29,362 nt of DNA from Thiotrichaceae bacterium (GCA_026992705.1 JALWYT010000007.1:1312-30673); one strand, 5' to 3'; numbered from the stretch's first letter, positions 9,925-21,556 are shown. Notes: generated by a model not told the origin, from the letters alone. Translations and numbers: made by a program.

Positions 9925-11229
9925 TCAAATTTTTTGTATTACGATCCGTTCTTTAGGGAAGATACAAGTAAAACAACTTCCCTTGCCAAATTTACTTTTG
10001 ATATCTAATTTTGCATCATGCTTTAACATAACATGTTTAACAATGGCAAGCCCTAGCCCTGTTCCACCTGTACTACGAGAGCGTCCTTTATCAACACGGT
10101 AAAAACGTTCGGTAAGGCGATTGATATGTTTTTCTTCTATACCAATACCATTATCTTGTACACTAAATTGAGCAGTATTTTGTTGCTTCTTCCAAGTGAT
10201 TTTTATCTCTCCACCTGAGGGTGTGTAGCGTAAGGCATTAGTAACGAGATTACTAAAAGCACTATGTATTTCTTTAGCATTACCTTGAATATTCAAGTGA
10301 TTATCTATGTCGCAATGGATACTGTAATGTTGCTCACCTTTAAATATTTGAGCCTCGCGGTGAATATCTTTAATCATAGCAGCGATACAGATAATATCGT
10401 TGATGGCTTCTTGCTGGTTTTCTAAGTTAGATAGCATCAATAAATCATCAAGCAGTGTGGTCATGCGATCTGTCTGCAGTGACATTTGTTGATAAATTGG
10501 ATTTAGCATAGGATCATTATCTCTATCAGAAAGTAACTCTAAATAGCCTGAAATGACAGTAAGTGGTGTGCGTAACTCATGTGAGACATTAGCAACAAAT
10601 AAGCTACGCACACCTTCTAATTGACGCATTCGTGTTGTATCACGGGCAGATAATAGTTGTTTCTTTTTGCCATAGGGAGCAATACGAAAGTTAAGTGATA
10701 TATCTGCATCAAAAGGGGATTCTATATCGATAGAGTGAGAAAAATCTTTGTGGTTATAATATTGAGCAAATTTCTTATTATTGATACAACGGGTGATATG
10801 TTGACCAATAGAGTCTACTTGATTCATTTGTAATATATGTTTTGCTGACTCATTAAACCATTCGATACCACCAAATTCATCTAAAATTACAATGGCATCG
10901 GGCATAGCAGCTAAAACTTCATGAAAGCGTTTGACTAAGGCACTTAAACGTTTTTTATGCTTTTTATTTTTCTTTTCAGTTTTTATGGCTTGTTGAACAA
11001 ATAAACCCCAAACGCCATGTGTACTTGGAATGGGCGTAGCTGATTTATAGGATAACCAAGTGAGTACTTTCCAAGCTTGTTTAAAATGCAATAGTAAATA
11101 AATAACAAGAGATAGGCTAAAACTTAAACCGACACTTTCTGTTAAATAACCAATAACTAGACTAATAAAAACAATTAAAAAGAACCAAGTGAGTTCTTCT
11201 TTAACTGCTTGCTTACTATAAGTTTGCAT
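9925..11229 (-). CDS. phoR: Phosphate regulon sensor histidine kinase PhoR
   Basis: 434 aa. N-terminal TM region, PAS region (AMPDAIVILD...IEWFN), H-box ANVSHELRTPLTV, N-box NLVTNALRYT, DNGIGI, ERFYRVDK, GTGLGLAIVK. Overlaps phoB by 14 bp. Confidence 0.95.
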   Translation of the reverse strand: MQTYSKQAVKEELTWFFLIVFISLVIGYLTESVGLSFSLSLVIYLLLHFKQAWKVLTWLSYKSATPIPSTHGVWGLFVQQAIKTEKKNKKHKKRLSALVKRFHEVLAAMPDAIVILDEFGGIEWFNESAKHILQMNQVDSIGQHITRCINNKKFAQYYNHKDFSHSIDIESPFDADISLNFRIAPYGKKKQLLSARDTTRMRQLEGVRSLFVANVSHELRTPLTVISGYLELLSDRDNDPMLNPIYQQMSLQTDRMTTLLDDLLMLSNLENQQEAINDIICIAAMIKDIHREAQIFKGEQHYSIHCDIDNHLNIQGNAKEIHSAFSNLVTNALRYTPSGGEIKITWKKQQNTAQFSVQDNGIGIEEKHINRLTERFYRVDKGRSRSTGGTGLGLAIVKHVMLKHDAKLDIKSKFGKGSCFTCIFPKERIVIQKI

Positions 11230-11914
11230 TACTTTTCTCTGCTAGACGATAACCTGTTCCACGTATTGTTTGTATAAATTTATCATATCGGTAAGGAGCT
11301 AACACCTTGCGTAAACGTCCGATATGTACATCGACGGTACGTTCTTCCACATAAGTATTTCTCCCCCAAAGTCGATCCATTAATTGTGAACGAGTAAATA
11401 CACGATTAGGGTTTTCCATAAAATATTTTAATAAACGATATTCTTTAGGTCCAAGGTCAATATTATGGTTTTGTAGGCTAACCTGATGACTAGCCGTGTC
11501 GAGTATTAAATCAGCAATTCGTAATTCAGTGTTGTTCGTTTCTTTTTTGGTACGACGTAATACGGCTTTAATACGTGCAACTAACTCTAACGGTGAAAAA
11601 GGTTTGACAACATAATCATCAGCTCCTGCATCTAAACCTGTAATTTTATCCTGTTCTTCTACACGAGCAGTGAGCATGATAATAGGAATATCAGCGTAAA
11701 TTTCTTCTGCTTTAAGTTGTTTGGTTAATTTGATGCCATTAGTATCTGGTAACATCCAGTCCATTAAAATTAAGTCTGGGGTATGTTGGTCAAGTATTTG
11801 CCATAAGCTTTTACCATCTTTTGCTTCGATTAACTCAAAATCGGTTTTTAATGTAGCAAAACGAAACATATCTCGAATGGGCTTTTCATCCTCAACAATT
11901 AAAATCACTGGCAT
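11216..11914 (-). CDS. phoB: Phosphate regulon response regulator PhoB
   Basis: ILIVEDE, phosphoacceptor in LMDWMLPD, GADDYVVKPFS, ERTVDVHIGRLRK, TIRGTGY. I place the start at ATG 11914 (MPVILIVED, GAGG RBS upstream) rather than the track's 11938. Confidence 0.95.
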   Translation of the reverse strand: MPVILIVEDEKPIRDMFRFATLKTDFELIEAKDGKSLWQILDQHTPDLILMDWMLPDTNGIKLTKQLKAEEIYADIPIIMLTARVEEQDKITGLDAGADDYVVKPFSPLELVARIKAVLRRTKKETNNTELRIADLILDTASHQVSLQNHNIDLGPKEYRLLKYFMENPNRVFTRSQLMDRLWGRNTYVEERTVDVHIGRLRKVLAPYRYDKFIQTIRGTGYRLAEKSNANL

Positions 11915-11931
11915 TTTGCACAACCTCGAAT

Positions 11932-11965
11932 TTGTCATAAAAGTGTAATATTTCTGCTAAATAAT
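11932..11965 (+). promoter_or_regulatory. Pho box plus -10 element facing the DUF47-pit operon
   Basis: TTGTCAT-AAAA-GTGTAAT (11932-11949) resembles the consensus CTGTCAT-A(A/T)A(T/A)-CTGT(C/A)A(C/T). It is followed by a 10-bp spacer and AATAAT (11960-11965), the usual PhoB promoter geometry. Confidence 0.65.
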
Positions 11966-11999
11966 ACCCGCAATTGAATAATTACGAGAGGAAATTTTT

Positions 12000-12680
12000 A
12001 TGCCGACTAAGCCTTATATGTCAGGGTTATTTGGGACATCACCCATTCGACCTTTGCAGCAACATATGACGGTTGTATATGACAGCGTTAAAAACCTTGA
12101 GCCACTATTTGCTGGGCTTATTGATGAAGACACTAAAAAAATAGCAGTAGCAGCTAAAAAAATTGCAGATGGGGAACATAAAGCAGATGTGATGAAAAAA
12201 GAACTTCGTCACCATCTTCCTAAAGGCTTATTTATGCCTGTTGATCGCCGTGATTTACTCGATGTTTTATTAATGCAGGATAGTATTGCAAATCAAGCAA
12301 AGGATATAGCTTCATTAATTATGGGTAGAAAAATGACACTACCTAAGCAAATGCATGAATTATTTATTCCTTATGGGCAGCGTTGTATTGATGCAGTAGA
12401 ACAGGCAAGAAACATTATCCATGAATTAGATAAGCTGGTTGAAACAGGCTTTAGAGGTTTAGAAGTGGATCATGTTGAAGAGATGATTAGTAAATTAGAC
12501 AGTATTGAGTCAGAAACAGATAAATTACAACGTCAGCTCCGTGATGTGTTGTTTACTTTAGAAGATGAACTTCGTGCAACAGATGTTATGTTTACTTACC
12601 GTTTGATTGAGTGGGTTGGTCGTGTTGCCGATGATGCTCAAAAAGTTGGTAGTCGTTTACAGCTTATGTTAGCTCGCTAA
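12000..12680 (+). CDS. DUF47 / TIGR00153 PhoU-like phosphate transport regulator
   Basis: 226 aa, helical. LFGTSPIRPLQQHM, EHKADVMKKELRHHLPKGLFMPVDRRDLL, ESETD, RVADDAQKVGSRL. Directly upstream of pit; strong GAGAGG RBS. Confidence 0.9.
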   Translation: MPTKPYMSGLFGTSPIRPLQQHMTVVYDSVKNLEPLFAGLIDEDTKKIAVAAKKIADGEHKADVMKKELRHHLPKGLFMPVDRRDLLDVLLMQDSIANQAKDIASLIMGRKMTLPKQMHELFIPYGQRCIDAVEQARNIIHELDKLVETGFRGLEVDHVEEMISKLDSIESETDKLQRQLRDVLFTLEDELRATDVMFTYRLIEWVGRVADDAQKVGSRLQLMLAR

Positions 12681-12692
12681 AGAGGAGAAGAC

Positions 12693-13961
12693 GTGATGGA
12701 CTTTTTACAAGATATTAACATGATTTATATCCTCTTAGCTGCCATATTTGGCTTATTTATGGCATGGGGAATTGGGGCTAATGATGTGGCAAATGCAATG
12801 GCAACATCAGTTGGTTCGAAAGCAATTACACTAAAACAAGCCGTTATTATTGCCGCAATATTTGAATTTTCAGGTGCTTATCTAGCAGGTGGTGAAGTTA
12901 CTGAAACGATTCGTAAAGGGATAATAGATTCAGCACCTTTTCAACATGAACCAAATTTATTAATTTGGGGAATGTTAGCATCCTTATTAGCAGCAGGGAC
13001 ATGGTTATTAGTCGCCTCACATAAAGGTTGGCCAGTATCAACAACACACAGTATCGTAGGTGCTGTTGTTGGGTTTGCGGCTGTTGGTGTAGGAATGGAG
13101 GCTGTTAGTTGGGGAAAAGTTGGAACAATTGTTATGAGTTGGGTTGTTTCCCCTCTTTTAGCGGGAACAATTGCTTTTTTAGTCTTTACCAGTATTCAAA
13201 AACTCATTCTAAATACCAATGATCCTTTAAGGAATGCAATAAAATATGGTCCTATTTATCTCTTTATGGTGGGGTTTGTTATTTCATTAGTGACGATAAA
13301 GAAAGGGCTTAAGCATATTGGTTTAGATTTATCAGACGGACAAGGGCTTATGATTGCGGTTATTATCGGTCTAATGGTTGCTATATTAGGTTTAGTATTA
13401 ATCCGTAAAGTTAGAATTAGAAAATCAGATGATAAACAATTTTCTTTTTCAAATGTTGAAAAAATATTTGGTATTATGATGATTTTTACTGCAGCAGCAA
13501 TGGCATTTGCACATGGTTCTAATGATGTTGCAAATGCAGTTGGTCCTATGGCGGCTGTTATTGGAATTGCTACATCAGGTGGAGATATTGCTAATAAAAC
13601 GGGTATTCCTGCTTGGGTATTATTAGTAGGTGGTCTTGGTATTGTCATTGGTTTGGCAACATTTGGTTATAAAGTTATTGCAACGGTAGGTAAAAAAATC
13701 ACTGAACTTACACCAACACGGGGTTTTTCTGCTGAAATTGCTGCAGCAACAACAGTTGTATTAGCTTCTTATACAGGGATTCCAATATCAACAACACATA
13801 CCTTAGTTGGAGCTGTATTAGGTGTTGGCTTTGCTAGAGGCATAGCATCAATAGACTTACGAGTAGTTGGTAATATCTTTATGTCATGGATTATTACATT
13901 ACCTGCAGGTGCTGTATTATCAATTATTTTCTTCTTTATGTTAAAGGGGATGTTTGCTTAA
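12693..13961 (+). CDS. pit: PiT-family inorganic phosphate transporter
   Basis: GANDVANAMATSVG and AHGSNDVANAVGP signature repeats, PVSTTHS and PISTTH. GTG start after a GAGGAG RBS. Confidence 0.95.
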   Translation: MMDFLQDINMIYILLAAIFGLFMAWGIGANDVANAMATSVGSKAITLKQAVIIAAIFEFSGAYLAGGEVTETIRKGIIDSAPFQHEPNLLIWGMLASLLAAGTWLLVASHKGWPVSTTHSIVGAVVGFAAVGVGMEAVSWGKVGTIVMSWVVSPLLAGTIAFLVFTSIQKLILNTNDPLRNAIKYGPIYLFMVGFVISLVTIKKGLKHIGLDLSDGQGLMIAVIIGLMVAILGLVLIRKVRIRKSDDKQFSFSNVEKIFGIMMIFTAAAMAFAHGSNDVANAVGPMAAVIGIATSGGDIANKTGIPAWVLLVGGLGIVIGLATFGYKVIATVGKKITELTPTRGFSAEIAAATTVVLASYTGIPISTTHTLVGAVLGVGFARGIASIDLRVVGNIFMSWIITLPAGAVLSIIFFFMLKGMFA

Positions 13962-13964
13962 ATA

Positions 13965-14046
13965 ATCTTAAATGGAGCTGTTAGCATAGTGAGACAGTTT
14001 ATCAATTAATAAATTAATTTCGCTATATTTAATAGCTCCAAAAGAT
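13965..14046. terminator. Long imperfect stem-loop filling the pit / lprI-like convergent gap
   Basis: TGGAGCTGTTA (13973-13983) pairs with TAATAGCTCCA (14030-14040). Further inside, ATAGTGAGA pairs with TTTCGCTAT, and outside, ATCTT pairs with AAGAT. Confidence 0.5.
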
Positions 14047-14052
14047 ATAGAA

Positions 14053-14922
14053 TTATTTTGTTGATAATAAGGTATATTTTTTAGCTATGCTTAAAGGAGG
14101 TAGTTCACCATCAGGACCTTCATACTCGCCAGTAAAGGTATGAATAATTGTTGGATTGTCCTCCCCTGATTTATTTCTGGCTATACATAAAATATTTCCT
14201 GCATTTTCTTCTTCCCCTGCTTTACAATATTTTTTAAATGTTGTTTCACTTTCAGAATAAAATAAATCACCAAGAGTGTCTCCAACTTTCCCAATTACTG
14301 ATGCTGAGTTAGCCATAGTTTTTGACTTATATAAACCTGTAGCAGTAACGCCTAGCCCCATTTCACAAGAACCATCTTGTATTATAGATATTTCCTCCTC
14401 TGCAAATTTAAATTGTAACATACAGTCTTGTTCTTTATCTTTATAAGTGGCTATATCATCTTTTATTTCTATAATTCCCTCTACTTCTCCCGTATTACCT
14501 TTAGCATTAACAATAAGTAATTTAAAATAGGTCTCACCTTCTGACGTTGTTATTTCTAATTCACCTTCTTCTGATTCATATTTTCCATCTTTTGATGAAA
14601 AAACTAATTTAGACGATGAATTTTTTGATAATTCAGCAATACGTTCTTTCATTACATTATTTATACATTCCACTGTTTTACATTTATTCCTAACCATGTT
14701 TAGCCATGATGTTTGTTCTGCCTTTAAGCCTTCAGGATTGTTTGAGATAGCCAAAGCATCCTTATATTTCGATGCTAAATCTTCATCTAGTTTAGAGGCT
14801 TTTTCATTACTGCAAATGCTTTCTTCTACAAATGTAGAAGCTTTCTTACAATCGAAACTAGCAGCATGGACAGAAGACAGTAGTGTAGTAATAGAAATGG
14901 CAAGCAAGAATTTTTTATTCAT
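14053..14922 (-). CDS. Secreted protein with an N-terminal LprI-like (DUF1311) lysozyme-inhibitor domain and uncharacterised C-terminal domains
   Basis: Sec signal peptide ending VHA, then ASFDCKKASTFVEESIC...LDEDLASKY...AEQTSWL..RNKC...C, the LprI-family Cys pattern. Acidic beta-rich middle region. Confidence 0.75.
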   Translation of the reverse strand: MNKKFLLAISITTLLSSVHAASFDCKKASTFVEESICSNEKASKLDEDLASKYKDALAISNNPEGLKAEQTSWLNMVRNKCKTVECINNVMKERIAELSKNSSSKLVFSSKDGKYESEEGELEITTSEGETYFKLLIVNAKGNTGEVEGIIEIKDDIATYKDKEQDCMLQFKFAEEEISIIQDGSCEMGLGVTATGLYKSKTMANSASVIGKVGDTLGDLFYSESETTFKKYCKAGEEENAGNILCIARNKSGEDNPTIIHTFTGEYEGPDGELPPLSIAKKYTLLSTK

Positions 14923-15290
14923 AATTAATATCCTTATAATCTCTAAAAAAGCGTGAAACTTAACACTAGTCTAATTTTATGGCATGTCAAATAAAAACGA
15001 GAAATAATTATGATAACAGTGAGTTGAAGTTATATTTTGGCGTGTATTAAATGTTTTTAACAAGAAAAGACTATAACCATTTTTTCATCACTTCTTAGCT
15101 TGCTTCAGAAAGAGATCAAAATTTTATAATAGTATTAATTTTTATTTTTTGATCCTTTGTTTCAGAAAAATTCGTTTTACCAAGATAGTAGCAGCAAGTA
15201 CTACGCTACGGTTTTTGTTTTAGTCTAAATTATTGTGATTAGGACTTAACTCAACTCTATGAATACAAAATTTAAAAACGGAGTAAACAA

Positions 15291-15872
15291 ATGTTCGACC
15301 AAACACCAATCATTTCACCATGTCTTCCTAAATCGCTTAAATGTGTACAATCTGATGAGGAACTTGCTAAAGTACTTGAATTCAGGAAAAAAGTATATTC
15401 CCATACCTATCCAGGTGTTGAGATTGCTAAAAATGATCCTTATTACGATCAAGCCTATGTTGTTTATTCTGAAACAGATGAAGGTAAAGTAGAAAGTACA
15501 GGGACGGTAATTTTTGATAGCCAAAAAGGCTTACCAGAAGATAAATATTTTGCTGAAATGGTTAAGGAATATCGGCAATCAGGCAAAAAATTAGTTGAAA
15601 TTGGACGGTTTGTTATTGCAGGTCATAAAATTGATTTGCTGCAATATTATTACAAGGCTATTTATGACGTTGCTATAAAAAATCATATTGATATTGTTTT
15701 AATGGTTATTCGTCAAAAAGATATACGTTTTCATCAACGCATGATGGGTGTTGATTTACTTATACATGATATTGAAGAAGATTTCGGAAGTAGTTATGCT
15801 TTCTCTTGTATTGCTTGGGATATTGTAAAGACTCCGCAACGTTTTCATAATTGGGTTGCATTTGTAGCATAA
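15291..15872 (+). CDS. FeeM-like N-acyl amino acid synthase (GNAT fold)
   Basis: 193 aa. FRKKVY, GTVIFDSQKGLPEDKYF, then YRQSGKKLVEIGRF, matching the FeeM/NAS pattern DS..GLP.D..(F/Y)......R..G..L.E..R. GGAG RBS upstream. Confidence 0.7.
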   Translation: MFDQTPIISPCLPKSLKCVQSDEELAKVLEFRKKVYSHTYPGVEIAKNDPYYDQAYVVYSETDEGKVESTGTVIFDSQKGLPEDKYFAEMVKEYRQSGKKLVEIGRFVIAGHKIDLLQYYYKAIYDVAIKNHIDIVLMVIRQKDIRFHQRMMGVDLLIHDIEEDFGSSYAFSCIAWDIVKTPQRFHNWVAFVA

Positions 15873-16024
15873 ACGTTATTCAATTCTGTTTAGTATTTAT
15901 GCCCCTTTGTGCAATAAAAAATAATTGCATAACATGGGGCTATAAAAACTATCTTAATTATTTCTTTATAATTAGCATTTTTTTAAGTCTACATAAGACA
16001 CTGTTGTTATTTTTGTTATTTAAG

Positions 16025-16038
16025 GTCCAAATTTGGAC
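16025..16038. promoter_or_regulatory. Perfect 14-bp palindrome, candidate operator
   Basis: GTCCAAATTTGGAC is self-complementary and ends 77 bp before the FW-domain gene start. Confidence 0.35.
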
Positions 16039-16115
16039 TCTTGTGGTGCGTTGTAATATTTGCTCTTATCAGGTGTTCTAAAATGTACATAACATACTGA
16101 TAGGGGAGCAAGAAG

Positions 16116-16502
16116 ATGAAATATGGGTTGCTAATACGCGATAAACAACTATTTGGTGTTGAAGTTAAACAGTATTCAAAAAATGTTGTTGCCTCCGGAG
16201 AATATTTTGTACAAAAATGGAAAATTTTAAACCTTAGTAATAAACAGTGGAAAAATCTACATCTTCGACATATTGATAAATCACAAATGGGTTTATATCC
16301 TTATTTAAAAGTAAAACAACATAAAATTTTAATTCCTGATACTCAAATAGGTGAATCAGCAGAAATTAAAATTACATTTAAGGCTCCTAATTACCCTTGT
16401 TGTGTCGCTTCTCACTGGAATATCATTGATGAGAAACATCATATAGTATTGGATCGTATTAATTTAAAAGTTACAGTTCTATCTCATCCTGAGATAGTTT
16501 GA
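16116..16502 (+). CDS. Stand-alone NBR1-type FW / Ig-like domain protein
   Basis: 128 aa. VVASGEYFVQKWKILN...WKNLHL...IPDTQIGESAEIKITFKAP...SHWNIID fits the NBR1-Ig pattern (PGe.F.K.W.l.N...W...L...vp...PGe...i.v.f.AP....W.l.d). Own GGGGAG RBS; in-frame TAG at 16101-16103. Confidence 0.75.
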   Translation: MKYGLLIRDKQLFGVEVKQYSKNVVASGEYFVQKWKILNLSNKQWKNLHLRHIDKSQMGLYPYLKVKQHKILIPDTQIGESAEIKITFKAPNYPCCVASHWNIIDEKHHIVLDRINLKVTVLSHPEIV

Positions 16503-16504
16503 AA

Positions 16505-17371
16505 TTATTCTAGATTTTGAATTTGTTCCCGCATTTGTTCAATTAACACTTTTAAGTCAACAGCTAATTGTGTTGTTTCAGCATCGTTCGATTTTGATGC
16601 AAGTGTGTTAGCCTCACGGTTAAGCTCTTGCATTAAAAAATCCAAACGCCTGCCGATGGCTTCGTCCCGTTCTAATATATCGTTGATTTCATCCAAATGA
16701 GCCATTAGGCGATCAAGTTCTTCATCAACGTCTAAGCGTTGAGCTAATAAGACTAATTCTTGCTCTAAACGATCATTATCGGTTGTGATATTGAGTTCTT
16801 GTATGCGTTTGAGCAGTTTCTCGCGTAGATTAATAATAATTTGCGGACGATTTTTGCGGATTCGTACAATAATTTCGGCAATTTGATCACAGCGTTGGAA
16901 AATAAATTCAGCAAGCCGCTTGCCTTCACGCAGTCGGGTATCAATCAATTCCTCAAGTGTGTCATCGAGTAGTTGTTTAGCAGGTTTAAAAGCTAGGCTA
17001 GTGTCGATAGCGATTTCTTGAGCAACACCTGGCCAATTAAGTATATCAAGGGCATTAATTGGCTTAGGATTTTCAATATGCCCTTCTACCTGACGAGTGG
17101 CAATAATTAAAGCACGGGCAAGTGGCTCATTAACAGTGATATTATTTTGAGCTTCGCTGTTAGTGGTGAAACGCAAATTAGCATCAACTTTTCCTCGTTT
17201 CAATCGAGATTTTATTTGCTCATAATAATGACTTTCTTGACTACGGAATTCAGGCGGTAGGTTAATACGAATATCTAGATAACGGTGATTAACCGAGCGG
17301 ATCTCCCAGATGCAAGTACCGTATTCACCTGAGACTTCCTTATATGCAAAAGCTGTCATGCTCTTGGCCAT
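16505..17371 (-). CDS. yicC: YicC/YloC family endoribonuclease
   Basis: SMTAFA, EIRSVNHRYLD, LKRGKVD, DVDEELDRL, GRRLDFLMQELNREANTLASKS, IEQMREQIQNLE. Confidence 0.96.
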   Translation of the reverse strand: MAKSMTAFAYKEVSGEYGTCIWEIRSVNHRYLDIRINLPPEFRSQESHYYEQIKSRLKRGKVDANLRFTTNSEAQNNITVNEPLARALIIATRQVEGHIENPKPINALDILNWPGVAQEIAIDTSLAFKPAKQLLDDTLEELIDTRLREGKRLAEFIFQRCDQIAEIIVRIRKNRPQIIINLREKLLKRIQELNITTDNDRLEQELVLLAQRLDVDEELDRLMAHLDEINDILERDEAIGRRLDFLMQELNREANTLASKSNDAETTQLAVDLKVLIEQMREQIQNLE

Positions 17372-17496
17372 TTATACTGTCCTTTTATTGGTTCCTTATG
17401 GCATTTATAGCATAAGTTAGCAAGCTAAGTTGTAAATAAAATATTCTATTAAAATAGCAATCTGATTTATTCCTGTGATAGCATTCAGTCCTTTAA

Positions 17497-19994
<2,498 letters not shown>

Positions 19995-20009
<15 letters not shown>

Positions 20010-20160
20010 CTTCACTACGGCAGATAGCATAAGCTATTGATTCCACAGCGGTTTAAAAAATGCCCGCTTAACCTAAGGGTGAAGCTAAGATTTTTTAAAA
20101 TCCACTGTGAAACCAATATCTTACGCTCTCTTATCCGCATTGAAGCCACGGATTCAGGTT
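19995..20160. mobile_element. 166-bp MITE-like long inverted repeat overlapping the kdsA 3' end
   Basis: The left arm 19995-20061 and the reverse complement of the right arm 20090-20160 match at 57/67 positions by my alignment. The outer 20 bp match 19/20 (AACCTGAATCCGTG[A/G]CTTCA). Confidence 0.7.
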
Positions 20161-20242
20161 ATAGTCAATCGGGTAAACGATAAAAAAACAGTTTTTTGTC
20201 ATAAAAATAACATAAAGCGACAGTAAACTATTGATAAATTGA

Positions 20243-21547
<1,305 letters not shown>

Positions 21548-21556
21548 TTAATTAAT

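Noticed and set aside
11915-11938. N-terminal extension MTNSRLCK on PhoB
   Set aside because: That ATG is the reverse complement of the Pho-box half-site TGTCAT. The downstream ATG has a GAGG RBS and gives a canonical PhoB start.
13965-14052. Integron attC site next to the cassette-like lprI gene
   Set aside because: GTTAGCA does not fit GTTRRRY, there is no paired RYYYAAC in the right geometry, and there is no integrase or cassette array.
15291-15872. LuxI acyl-homoserine lactone synthase
   Set aside because: Lacks the LuxI R..F....W and E.D.(F/Y)D pattern and has no adjacent LuxR or lux box. The DS.GLP.D and EIGR motifs fit FeeM better.
15851-16081. 76-aa ORF as a frameshifted HTH domain of an ancestral HTH-FW regulator
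   Set aside because: No HTH character, an AT-driven hydrophobic composition, and it spans a hairpin and palindrome. The FW gene has its own RBS.
16490-16540. Intact yicC-integrated mobilisable island or prophage
   Set aside because: No integrase, oriT or replication genes, and I found no direct repeat of the yicC 3' end at 14050 or 9925. Only the compositional hint is kept as a finding.
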